Shown in pieces: positions 29,764 through 38,834 of a stretch of DNA of 64,000 bases. Position 1 is the stretch's first letter; each line of letters begins with the position of its first letter. Origin of the DNA: Candidatus Latescibacterota bacterium (GTDB taxonomy: Bacteria > Latescibacterota > UBA2968 > UBA8231); contig OZ242318.1 in assembly GCA_965208105.1 (NCBI GenBank), forward strand, positions 544,001-608,000, given 5' to 3'. The translations under genes and the position numbers were made by a program. The notes below the pieces were generated by a model. That model was not told the DNA's origin, searched no databases, and saw nothing but the letters and a program-made list of their open reading frames with translations.

Positions 29764-30057
29764 ACAGGGGAAGGGTTCGATCCAAGTGGGTTGGAGCTTC
29801 TGTTTCAGGTAGTCGGCTGCAGACCGGAGCGCCAAGGCAATTTGGCCCCAGAGCTTCCTCGGAGCGGAGGCCTCCACCGTGCCTTGTCCTGAGGTGAGCT
29901 GTGCGAGGCAAGCTGCCGCGCCCGGCAGCAAACCTGGCCATAGCATTCTCTTCTCTATCCTCGGCGTGACCAAGTTTGGCAGAGTATCTTAATATATGGC
30001 GACATTTTCTACCTGTGCGCGGCTCTCCCAGGCATCGTCATCGAGAAGGATGGAACA

Positions 30058-31581
30058 GTGACCGATTTTCGCGTCGACGCCAGGCTGGTCCAGCGCGCCG
30101 TGGTGACCCTGGCCGCGGTAGGAGCCTACCGCCTGGTCCAGCAGGTCGTCACCGTCCCCGGCTTCGACCATTCGGTGATGGCCGAGTTCTTCGGGGGCTC
30201 TCAGGGTCCTCCGGGCCTGCCGGGTGTGGCATTGGATTTAATTCTCCCAAACTACATCGCCGCCTCGGTCATGGTCCTCCTCCTCAGTGCAGTAGTACCC
30301 TTCCTCAAGCGCCTGCGCGAGGGAGGGGCCGAGGAACAAAAGCGCCTGCAACGCATCATCATAGTCCTCACCCTTTTCCAGACCGCGGCTTCAGCCCTGC
30401 AAACCGCTTACTACCTCGAGGAGATCCACGGGCCTGTGTTCGCTCCCTTGGAGGGTATCCACGGACCACTGCCCACTCTGCCGGCTATCCCCGATCCGGG
30501 GTGGGGGTTTCGCGCCGGGGTGGTGCTGACCCTTGCCGCCGCGGCCATGCTGGTCCTCTGGCTTGCCCACCTGGTCACGGCACGGGGCCTCGGCAACGGG
30601 GTCGTCCTGCTGCTGGCCTCCGACATCCTGGCGCAGTGGCCTGCTGCCGTGCAGGCCCAGTGGGACGCCTTGAGGAACGTCCCCGATCCCCTGCACCAGG
30701 GACTCAGAGCTCCCCTCTTCATCCTCGCCGTGCTCGTACTGGCGGTGATCCTGGTGATGGCGCAGCGCAGGGTAGAGCTGGAACGGATCTCGGGCACAGG
30801 CACCCACAGTGGACCGGCTCCGGCCCTTCCTCTCAGGATCAATCCGGTCGGTGTTCTGCCCCTCATGTTGGCCCAGGGATGGCTCCATTTCGGCATATTT
30901 TCCTTGAGCCCCGGTCCCTTGCTCAACCACACTCCTGTCTCCGGTATCGCATTCTGCCTGCTCGTCGCACTGCTCGCCTACCTCTACGCCGCCGTCACCT
31001 TCCATCCCCGCGACGCGGTCGAGCGCCTGCAACGCTACGGCTTCCGGCTCAGGGAAGCCGCCTCCCCGGAGGACGCCGCCCGCCGTCTGCGCGCCACCCT
31101 GAACCGGGTCATGGTTCCGGGCATCGTGGGGATCTGCGTCCTGGGATTGGCGCCCTGGATCGCAGCGAACTGGATGGACATTCCGCCAGCGGGCACCCTG
31201 TTTGGCCTGGAATGGCTGGTGCTTGCCGCCGTGGGTCTGCACCTCGTGGAGCAGGCCAGAAGCAGACAGGCCGGCGCCGGGGCCGACCAGGTGGTGGTAT
31301 TGGCGGCCGAGACCAGGTTCGAGCTCGACCTCGCCGCAGATATCCTGCGCCGGCAGGGCATCCCCAGCCGGCCCCTGGACAACCGGGTCATCAGCGCCAC
31401 AGGCACCTTCGCCTTCTGGGAGGTGAGCCGTCCGCGCTGGCCGAGCTGGACCATTTACCGACACCTCGGCGGCGGCGACGCGGTCCTCCTGGTCGACCGG
31501 GCTGATGCCGAGAGAGCCAGGAACGCGCTGGGCGAAAACGGCCTCCTGGAAATGGCGACTGCGGCGAATAGGCGGAGGTGA
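30058..31581 (+). CDS. Divergent SecY-like membrane protein with a C-terminal DUF2007-like domain
   Basis: AYRLVQQVVTVPGFD, PNYIAASVMVLLL, LWLAHLVTARGLGNGVVLLL, QRRV, LPLRINPVGVLPLM, YAAVTFHPRDAVERLQRYG. Tail: ETRFELDLAADILRRQGIPS...LLVDRADAERARNAL. Confidence 0.8.
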   Translation: MTDFRVDARLVQRAVVTLAAVGAYRLVQQVVTVPGFDHSVMAEFFGGSQGPPGLPGVALDLILPNYIAASVMVLLLSAVVPFLKRLREGGAEEQKRLQRIIIVLTLFQTAASALQTAYYLEEIHGPVFAPLEGIHGPLPTLPAIPDPGWGFRAGVVLTLAAAAMLVLWLAHLVTARGLGNGVVLLLASDILAQWPAAVQAQWDALRNVPDPLHQGLRAPLFILAVLVLAVILVMAQRRVELERISGTGTHSGPAPALPLRINPVGVLPLMLAQGWLHFGIFSLSPGPLLNHTPVSGIAFCLLVALLAYLYAAVTFHPRDAVERLQRYGFRLREAASPEDAARRLRATLNRVMVPGIVGICVLGLAPWIAANWMDIPPAGTLFGLEWLVLAAVGLHLVEQARSRQAGAGADQVVVLAAETRFELDLAADILRRQGIPSRPLDNRVISATGTFAFWEVSRPRWPSWTIYRHLGGGDAVLLVDRADAERARNALGENGLLEMATAANRRR

Positions 31582-31669
31582 CCACGGACGCCGGGATGGC
31601 GCCGCCGGACCTGGAAATTTAACACCCTGGGCACATGGCTTCCCCCAACCCGCCATCGAAAGGAGCACC

Positions 31670-32635
31670 ATGTCCTTCAAGTTCGTCTTTCTTTCCCCCG
31701 GCAGCGAACGCAACCGCTTCCTGGCTTCTGCCATGGCGGCGGTCCCGGGGATGGAGATCGTCCATTGCGAAAACCGCTCGGAAGACCTCGAAGCTCTCCC
31801 CGGTGCCCAGGCCTGCTTCGGCACCCTGGACCCTGAGCTTCTGGCCTCGGCCCACCGGCTCCGATGGCTGGCCGCCCCGGCAGCCGGTCCGCCAAAGGGC
31901 TACTACTTTCCCGAGCTCATCGCCAGCGACGTGGTGGTGACCAATTTCCGCGGCATCTTCAACGACCACATTTCCGCCCATATCATGGCCTTCGTGCTCG
32001 CCTTCGCGCGCGGAATGCACCGCTATTTCCGCGACCAGTTCGCCGGCCGCTGGCGCGAGGGGGGCGAGTCGAGCCCCTCGATCCACCTTCCCGAGGCCAC
32101 CGCTCTGATCGTCGGCGTCGGCGGGATCGGCGCCGAGACGGCGCGCCAGTGCAAAAACTGGGGCATGGCAACCATCGGCGTCGACCCCAGGGTGGGATCG
32201 CCGCCTCCCGGGGTGGACGAGCTGCACCATCCCGATGACCTCGACGGACTCCTGCCACGGGCGGATTTCGTCCTAGTCACCGCGCCGCAGACGCCCCGGA
32301 CCCAGGGCCTTTTCAGCGGCACCCGCTTCGAGCGCATGAAGACGGGCGCCTACTTCGTCAACATCGGCCGCGGCGCCAACGTCAGCCTGGCCGACCTCGA
32401 CCATGCCCTGCGCCAGGGGCTGATCGCCGGCGCCGGCCTCGACGTGTTCGAGGAAGAGCCGTTGCCCCGGGATCACCCGCTGTGGACCGCGCCGAACTTC
32501 CTCATGACCCCCCACGTGGCTGCGGCCGGCCCCTACCTGGAGGAGCGCCGCCGCGACCTGCTGGTGGAAAACTGCCGGCGCTTCGCACGCGGCGAGGGCC
32601 TGGCAAACGTGGTGGACAAAGAGAACTGGTTCTAA
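31670..32635 (+). CDS. D-2-hydroxyacid dehydrogenase family protein
   Basis: VGVGGIG, APQTPRT, FVNIGRG, GAGLDVFEEEPL, MTPHVA. Confidence 0.92.
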   Translation: MSFKFVFLSPGSERNRFLASAMAAVPGMEIVHCENRSEDLEALPGAQACFGTLDPELLASAHRLRWLAAPAAGPPKGYYFPELIASDVVVTNFRGIFNDHISAHIMAFVLAFARGMHRYFRDQFAGRWREGGESSPSIHLPEATALIVGVGGIGAETARQCKNWGMATIGVDPRVGSPPPGVDELHHPDDLDGLLPRADFVLVTAPQTPRTQGLFSGTRFERMKTGAYFVNIGRGANVSLADLDHALRQGLIAGAGLDVFEEEPLPRDHPLWTAPNFLMTPHVAAAGPYLEERRRDLLVENCRRFARGEGLANVVDKENWF

Positions 32636-32731
32636 GCAGACTGGCGCCTGCGTCCAGGTAAGGCTGGAACAGAGTGGCGGTCCCTGGCCGAAAAGCGACC
32701 GAGGGTGCCCCTGGTGGTGGTATTCGGAGAA

Positions 32732-33358
32732 CTATGGCAGGGCACCGGCGATGAGGAGATAGGCGTCGGCCTTGATCTCGCCGTCGACTTCCCACTCCTT
32801 GAGCTCGCCGCCCAGCTTGTCGATCACCTTCGAGCTCAGCTTTTGAAAGGGGGGACGTCCCGGGTCGGCGATGACGATCTGCCCTACCCCGGACCCGACC
32901 GCCCTGTCAATCAGCTTGTAGAGCGGCTTGACCATCTTGTCCCAGAAGCAGATATCGGCACCGATGATCAGGTTGGTCCGGCGCAGGTCCTTCTTCTTCA
33001 CCTCCTCGAACTTGCAGCACCAGGTCTCTATTTCCACTTCATTGATCTCGGCGTGCAACTCCAGGTAGGGAAAGACCGCCGGATCCGCATCCATCGCCCT
33101 GACCCTGGCCCCGTGGTTTTTGGCGCAGTAGATCCCGGCCAGGCCCCAACCGCAGCCAATATCCAGGACACGGCTCTCGGGCGGCAGGCCCTGGTGCGCG
33201 AGAAAGTCCATCACGCACCAGCTCGAGCTCCAGAATTTGTTGCCGTGGATTCCGGGCGAATGCTTTCTCTTTCGCGCCCGCACTTTGGGGTGGGCTGCCT
33301 TGAGCACGGTGATGCCGTAGGCCTGGCGCGAGGTCTTCTTTTTCTTCTTCTTGGCCAT
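32732..33358 (-). CDS. Class I SAM-dependent methyltransferase (lysine/protein MTase-like)
   Basis: HGNKFWSSS, VLDIGCGWGLAG, IGADICFW, IADPGRPPF. Confidence 0.88.
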   Translation of the reverse strand: MAKKKKKKTSRQAYGITVLKAAHPKVRARKRKHSPGIHGNKFWSSSWCVMDFLAHQGLPPESRVLDIGCGWGLAGIYCAKNHGARVRAMDADPAVFPYLELHAEINEVEIETWCCKFEEVKKKDLRRTNLIIGADICFWDKMVKPLYKLIDRAVGSGVGQIVIADPGRPPFQKLSSKVIDKLGGELKEWEVDGEIKADAYLLIAGALP

Positions 33359-33488
33359 CTCGCTCAGCAGAATTCAGGGGGAGACAATGTGCCGGGCGGG
33401 GGAAACTCCCAGGTTTGAGGGAGCCGGCCTCCGCTCCAGTCGGACCGCAACCACACGCCGTGCAGGTTCAGGGACTCCTAAAGGACCC

Positions 33489-34268
33489 TCAGAATCCCCA
33501 GGTCCGCTCCGCGGTCCTGCCCATGACCCACTCGATATCGTCGCCGCCGGCAAAGGCGGGATGGTCCATAACCCCGCGCAGGGTGTTGGCGTAGCCTTCC
33601 CTGGCGGCGCTGGGGGGAAAGTCGCTGCCCCACATCATGCGCTTCACCCCGAAGGCGTCCCTGGCCATCTCGAACAGCGGCGGCACGTGGTCGAACACAA
33701 GCTCGGGGAGGAGGCGCGGGGGGCGGGAGCAGATCTCGCCCAGGCCCGGGACCTTGAGGCTGGTGTTGCCCCGCTCGCCGTGGCGCAGGGCGGCGGCAAA
33801 ATCGGCGTAGGGCGGCTCGTCGATGCCCGCGCCCGCCAGGTGCTCGAGAATGACGTGAGTGTCGGGGCAGGCGTCGAGCACCCGCGCGAAGTCGGCGGAG
33901 GCAAACTCGGACACCTTGCCCAGACTCGTGACCACGAGGCCGAGGTCGCCCGCCCGGCGCCACATGTCGTATGGACCTGCATTGGCGAAGCGGCCGTCGG
34001 GGGCTATGCGCACACCGGCAGCCCCCCGCTCTGCGAGGCGGGCGAGATCGCCGAGGGGATCGGGAGATTCCGGATCGACCAGGACCGCGACCTTGAACCT
34101 GCCCGGACGCCACGCGGCTTCCTGGAGGAGGTAGTTGTTGTCGTAGGTTCCCCCGTGCTGGATGAGAACCGCCTTGTGGACCCCGTTGCGGTCCATCTCC
34201 AGCTCCAGGATCTCGATGGGCTCGAACCAGCTCCTGCCGGCGTGGCAATGGGTGTCGATTATGAGCAT
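33489..34268 (-). CDS. Amidohydrolase_2 family protein
   Basis: IDTHCH, LEHLAG, RMMWGSDFPP. Confidence 0.88.
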   Translation of the reverse strand: MLIIDTHCHAGRSWFEPIEILELEMDRNGVHKAVLIQHGGTYDNNYLLQEAAWRPGRFKVAVLVDPESPDPLGDLARLAERGAAGVRIAPDGRFANAGPYDMWRRAGDLGLVVTSLGKVSEFASADFARVLDACPDTHVILEHLAGAGIDEPPYADFAAALRHGERGNTSLKVPGLGEICSRPPRLLPELVFDHVPPLFEMARDAFGVKRMMWGSDFPPSAAREGYANTLRGVMDHPAFAGGDDIEWVMGRTAERTWGF

Positions 34269-34351
34269 TTGAGATTGCCCTCTGGATTCGATGGGCAGGA
34301 AACAGAGCCTCCGGCTACCGGTTTCTTGCGCAATCGCGTAGATTTACAGCC

Positions 34352-36337
34352 GTGATCACCCTGTCCAACCTTGGCAAATCATACGGCGACAGGACCCTCT
34401 TTGCCGGGGTCTCGCTCCAGCTCAACGCCGGGGAGCGCTACGGGCTCGTGGGCGCCAACGGATCCGGCAAGACCACCCTCCTCAATATCCTCTCGGGCGG
34501 CCTGGACCCCGGCGAAGGCGAGATCACCATCCCCCAGCGGCTGAGGACGGGCGTCCTCAACCAGGACCAGTTCCTCTTCGAGGACGAGAAAATACTGAAC
34601 GTGTCGCTGATGGGCAATGCCGCCTTCTGGGCGGTAAAGGCCGAGATGGAGCAGCTCCTCGCCAGGGCGGAGGAGCACTTCGACGCCGACCGCTTCGCCG
34701 AGCTCGAGGAGGCCTTCCTGCGCTATGACGGCTACACCGCCGAAGCCAGGGCCGGCACCATTCTCGAGGGCCTGGGGTTGCCGGCCAACCTGCACCACGA
34801 TCCCCTCTCGACCCTGTCGGGCGGCTTCAAGCTGCGGGTCCTTTTGGCCCAGGTGCTGGCCGGCGCTCCGGATGTCCTGCTCCTGGACGAGCCCACCAAC
34901 CATCTGGACATCCTTTCCATCCGCTGGCTCGAGACCTTCCTGCGGGACTTCGCCGGGGCCGCCGTGGTGATCTCGCACGACCACCGCTTCCTCGACAATA
35001 TTAGCACCTCCATCCTCGACATCGACTACGAGACGGTGCAGCTCTACCGCGGCGACTATTCCACCTTCGTCAGGTCCAAGCGGGCCGAGCGCTCCCGCCG
35101 CGAGAAGGAGATCGTCCAGCGCGAGCGCGAGATCGCCCATCACCAGCAGTTCGTCGACCGCTTTCGCGCCAAGGCCCGCAAGGCCCGACAGGCGCAGAAC
35201 AAGCTGCGGCTGATCGAGAAGATGGAGGAAGAGATGGTCGAACTGCCCCACAGCTCGCGGCGCTACCCGGTTTTCCGCTTCGAGCAGAGCCGTCCCAGCG
35301 GCCGCCAGGTGCTGGCGATCAAGGGTGTCGAGAAGTCCTTCGGCGACAACGAAGTGCTGCATGGGGTCGATCTCCTCGTGGAACGAGGGGACCGGATGGC
35401 GATCATGGGGCCAAACGGCATCGGCAAGTCTACCCTGCTCAAGATCGCCATCGGGGAACTCGGCTCCGACGCCGGATCGGTGGAGTGGGGCTACGAGACC
35501 CATCCCGGCTACTTTGCCCAGGACCACAGGACCCAGCTCAGCCCCCCCGGCCAGTCGGCCGAGGAGTGGGCATGGGAATCCTGCCAGGACCAGGGTCTGG
35601 GCTTCGTCCGCAGCCGGATGGGGCAGGTGCTTTTCTCCGGCGATGACGGCAAGAAGCCCCTGAGTGCGCTTTCAGGGGGAGAAGCCGCCCGGCTCGTCTT
35701 CTGCAGGCTGGCCATGACCCAACCCAACGTGCTGGTCCTCGACGAGCCCACAAACCATCTGGACCTGGAATCCATCGAGGCCCTGGTGGCCGGACTCAAG
35801 GACTATTCCGGCACCTTGATCATCGTCTCCCACGACCGCTGGTTCATCAGCCAGCTGGCCACTCGCGTCGTCGAGATCAAACCGGGCGAGGTCCTCGATT
35901 TCAATGGCACCTACGAAGAGTACGTCCACTTCTGCGGCGACGACCACCTCGATGCCGACCAGGTCATCCTCAAGGCCAAACGCTCCCGCAAGAAGAAGAA
36001 GGACCCCGGTCCGGCACCAGCCCGGGGAGCTCTTTCCGCCGGCAAGTCCAAGAACGTGCTGCGCCGGGCGGCCGCACAGCAGGAAGAACGCATGCTGAAC
36101 ATATCCCGGGCGGAAGCCAGGATCGCCGAGATCGACGCCATGCGCTGCGAGCCGGACCACTACGCAAAAACCCCGGCGGACCAGCTGAAGGCCCTCGAAT
36201 CCGAGCGCGCATACGAGGAGCGCAAACTGGAGTCCCTCCTGGAGGAGTGGGAGTTGGCGGAGGAGGAATTGAGGGCCGCTCCCTCCGACCAGGGCCCGCC
36301 CGCCATGAAGAAGAGCGAGCGATTTCCAGGCGCCTGA
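34352..36337 (+). CDS. ABC-F family ATP-binding protein (YbiT-like)
   Basis: Two ABC domains (GANGSGKT, LSGGF, LLLDEPTNHLD; GPNGIGKST, LSGGE, LDEPTNHLD), no TM helices, C-terminal coiled coil. Confidence 0.93.
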   Translation: MITLSNLGKSYGDRTLFAGVSLQLNAGERYGLVGANGSGKTTLLNILSGGLDPGEGEITIPQRLRTGVLNQDQFLFEDEKILNVSLMGNAAFWAVKAEMEQLLARAEEHFDADRFAELEEAFLRYDGYTAEARAGTILEGLGLPANLHHDPLSTLSGGFKLRVLLAQVLAGAPDVLLLDEPTNHLDILSIRWLETFLRDFAGAAVVISHDHRFLDNISTSILDIDYETVQLYRGDYSTFVRSKRAERSRREKEIVQREREIAHHQQFVDRFRAKARKARQAQNKLRLIEKMEEEMVELPHSSRRYPVFRFEQSRPSGRQVLAIKGVEKSFGDNEVLHGVDLLVERGDRMAIMGPNGIGKSTLLKIAIGELGSDAGSVEWGYETHPGYFAQDHRTQLSPPGQSAEEWAWESCQDQGLGFVRSRMGQVLFSGDDGKKPLSALSGGEAARLVFCRLAMTQPNVLVLDEPTNHLDLESIEALVAGLKDYSGTLIIVSHDRWFISQLATRVVEIKPGEVLDFNGTYEEYVHFCGDDHLDADQVILKAKRSRKKKKDPGPAPARGALSAGKSKNVLRRAAAQQEERMLNISRAEARIAEIDAMRCEPDHYAKTPADQLKALESERAYEERKLESLLEEWELAEEELRAAPSDQGPPAMKKSERFPGA

Positions 36338-36353
36338 AAAGGAGGAAGAAAAC

Positions 36354-37178
36354 GTGAACGCGATCGAAACCTTCGAATTCGACCGCCAGGGCTTCCTGGT
36401 CGTCAGGAAACTGCTGAGCTCCGCCGAGGTCGCCTCCCTTTCCGCGGCCGTCGACGAGCTGGAGGAGCACGCCCTGCGCCACGTTCCCCTGCCTCCCCGC
36501 AAACGGAGCGGCTGGGGCCACGTCTACCACGCCAATCCCGGGCGCGGCTATCACGCCAGGGGCGAGCGCGCAGAGGGCAAGACCCTGATGATCGAGGACT
36601 ACTGGAACGCCGATCCCGCCTTCGACCTGCTGCTCGACCATCCCCCGACCATGAGCTACATTCACGGCATCGTCAAGCAACGGCCCACCATCAACAACTC
36701 CGAAATCCGCATCCGCTACCGGGGCAACGCCAGCGGCTGCCACGGCGGCACAGTCTCGGCCAGCCAGAAGTACCGCTACAGCTTCACCGAGCACGGCATA
36801 GACTGCATGATGGTGCGCATGATCTACTTCATCCACGATTGCTCGGACGAGCAGGGAGCGTTCTGCGTGGCTCCCGGGACCCACAAGAGCAATCTGCCCT
36901 CGCCCTACGGCACCGACCCGGACGAGGACCCGGACATGGTGGGACTGGAGGTGGAAGCGGGAGACGCCATCCTCTTCACCGAGAACCTGCGCCACGGCGG
37001 CTTCACCAACCGCTCCCGGCAGACGCGCAAGACCCTGCACGTGGGCTACGGCCCCCACTGGATGATGTCGCAGAACATCGCCACCATGGACGAAAGGCAG
37101 CACATCACCGGGGAGACCTTCGCCCGCCTGACCGAGGCGCAGCGGGACCTGTTCCGGGCTTACCCGCCCGACTCCTGA
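36354..37178 (+). CDS. PhyH-like Fe(II)/2OG enzyme with HxG in place of the HxD motif
   Basis: FDRQGFLVV, GCHGG, FCVAPGTHKSN, AGDAILFTENLRHGG, RKTLHVGY. Confidence 0.8.
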   Translation: MNAIETFEFDRQGFLVVRKLLSSAEVASLSAAVDELEEHALRHVPLPPRKRSGWGHVYHANPGRGYHARGERAEGKTLMIEDYWNADPAFDLLLDHPPTMSYIHGIVKQRPTINNSEIRIRYRGNASGCHGGTVSASQKYRYSFTEHGIDCMMVRMIYFIHDCSDEQGAFCVAPGTHKSNLPSPYGTDPDEDPDMVGLEVEAGDAILFTENLRHGGFTNRSRQTRKTLHVGYGPHWMMSQNIATMDERQHITGETFARLTEAQRDLFRAYPPDS

Positions 37179-37333
37179 GAAGCCGCCGCCCGGGCCGGGA
37201 TGGGCTCCGCCTTGACAACCCCTTGCGGCAGACACCTTATTTGCGCCCGGCAATTTTCCCCCTGATCTGGTCAGGCCGCAGCGCCATCAGTTTTCGACTC
37301 GCCCTTTCCCCCAGACCCATGCGAGGAGGCAGA

Positions 37334-38500
37334 ATGACCCGAGGCAACAGCGCAGACCCCCTTGCCATTACCCTTGGCGTGGAGGAAGAGTTCTTCCTGA
37401 TCAATCCCGGGACCCGCGATCTTCTCCCCGACCCCGACCGCGGCATCTTCGAGTATTGTGACAAGAACCGGGGCCCACACCAGGTCGCCGCCGAGTTCCT
37501 GCGCTCGCAGATAGAAACCACCACCCGGGTCTGCCACTCGGTGGCGGAAGTCCGATCCGCGCTGATCGAGACCCGCGGCCTCGTCGCCGGCGCCGCCGGC
37601 GGGCACGGAGCAGCGGCCCTCGCCGCCTCGACCCACCCTTTCGCCGCCTGGCACAACCAGGTGGTGAGCGCCGGGCGCCGCTACGAGCAATTCGTCGTCA
37701 CCTACCAGCAGGCGGTGCGCGAGTTGCTGGTGGGCGGAATGCACGTGCACGCCGGCTTCGGGGACGCGGACAGCCGTGTCCGGGTCATGACCGCCATGCG
37801 GCGCCACCTGCCCCTGCTGCACGCCCTCTCCGCCTCCTCCCCCTTCAGCAGCGGCAGGGAAACGGGCTTCAAGTCCTACCGTCTGACCCTCTTCGGCAGT
37901 CTGCCGCGCACCGGGCTCCCGGGACCACTAGGGTCCAAGGCCGAGTTCGACCGCCTGGTGAACGACTACCGGCGCATGAATTTCATCGAGGACAGCAGCG
38001 AGCTGTGGTGGGATATCCGGCCCTCCAGCGCCTATCCCACCGTGGAGCTGCGCATCTGCGACATATGCCAGACCCTCGACGAGGCCATGTGCGTCGTGGC
38101 ACTCTACGCCGCCCTGGTGCGCAACCTGCTGCGCCAGGATGTGGAAGGCCGCCTCCCCCCTGAGCCGCCCACCGAGCTGATCGCCGAGAACTGCTGGCTG
38201 GCGCAGCGCTACGGGGTGCTCGCCTTCCTTGGGGACACGGACGGAGCGGGACGCATGGACATCGACGAATACGCCCTCTCCCTGGTGGAGGAACTGGAGG
38301 ACGACGCGCGCGCCCTGGACTGCGAGGCCGAGCTGCGCCACGCCCTGGAGATCATCCGCAACGGGGCCGGGGCGGACCGGCAGATCGATCATTTCCGCCT
38401 GCGCCGGCTGGAGGGGGACTCGGAACGGGAAGCCCTGCTGGCTGTGGTCGACCTGGTGGCAGCCGAAACCAGGAAGGGAATCGACCCCGACTCCGCCTGA
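37334..38500 (+). CDS. Carboxylate-amine ligase (glutamate--cysteine ligase 2, YbdK family)
   Basis: TLGVEEEFFL, EFLRSQIE, ASTHPF, GGMHVH, SASSPF, LWWDIRPS, TVELRICD. Confidence 0.92.
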   Translation: MTRGNSADPLAITLGVEEEFFLINPGTRDLLPDPDRGIFEYCDKNRGPHQVAAEFLRSQIETTTRVCHSVAEVRSALIETRGLVAGAAGGHGAAALAASTHPFAAWHNQVVSAGRRYEQFVVTYQQAVRELLVGGMHVHAGFGDADSRVRVMTAMRRHLPLLHALSASSPFSSGRETGFKSYRLTLFGSLPRTGLPGPLGSKAEFDRLVNDYRRMNFIEDSSELWWDIRPSSAYPTVELRICDICQTLDEAMCVVALYAALVRNLLRQDVEGRLPPEPPTELIAENCWLAQRYGVLAFLGDTDGAGRMDIDEYALSLVEELEDDARALDCEAELRHALEIIRNGAGADRQIDHFRLRRLEGDSEREALLAVVDLVAAETRKGIDPDSA

Positions 38501-38507
38501 CCCCCTG

Positions 38508-38669
38508 GTGTCCCGTCGCAGAGATAGGTTGACGAAATCAGGCCGCCGAGGCGGCAGGCTCACAAGGCGCCTGAGCGAGTCGTACCAGTAGTGTACGGCA
38601 AGTGAAGGCAACGCCGTGAGCCGGAATGGATCGGCGGAATAATGGCGACATATTTCTGCGACGGGACAC
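38508..38669. mobile_element. MITE (about 162 bp) with terminal inverted repeats, IS630-like ends
   Basis: Left GTGTCCCGTCGCAGAGATA and right TATTTCTGCGACGGGACAC(TA). No coding capacity. A second diverged copy is at 45034-45173. Confidence 0.8.
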
Positions 38670-38834
38670 TATCGCCTGATTGCGCTACTCCGTGTGAATT
38701 CGGGCACCGGTGCATCCCTCCCCCGCCGCAGTCCTCGCCCTCCGTACAATCCCGAAACGACGAGATCGGAGCACATGCCATCCGGGCGCTGCGGGTCCTC
38801 GTTCCTACCCTTGATTTCGCGCGCAGGAACCAGC

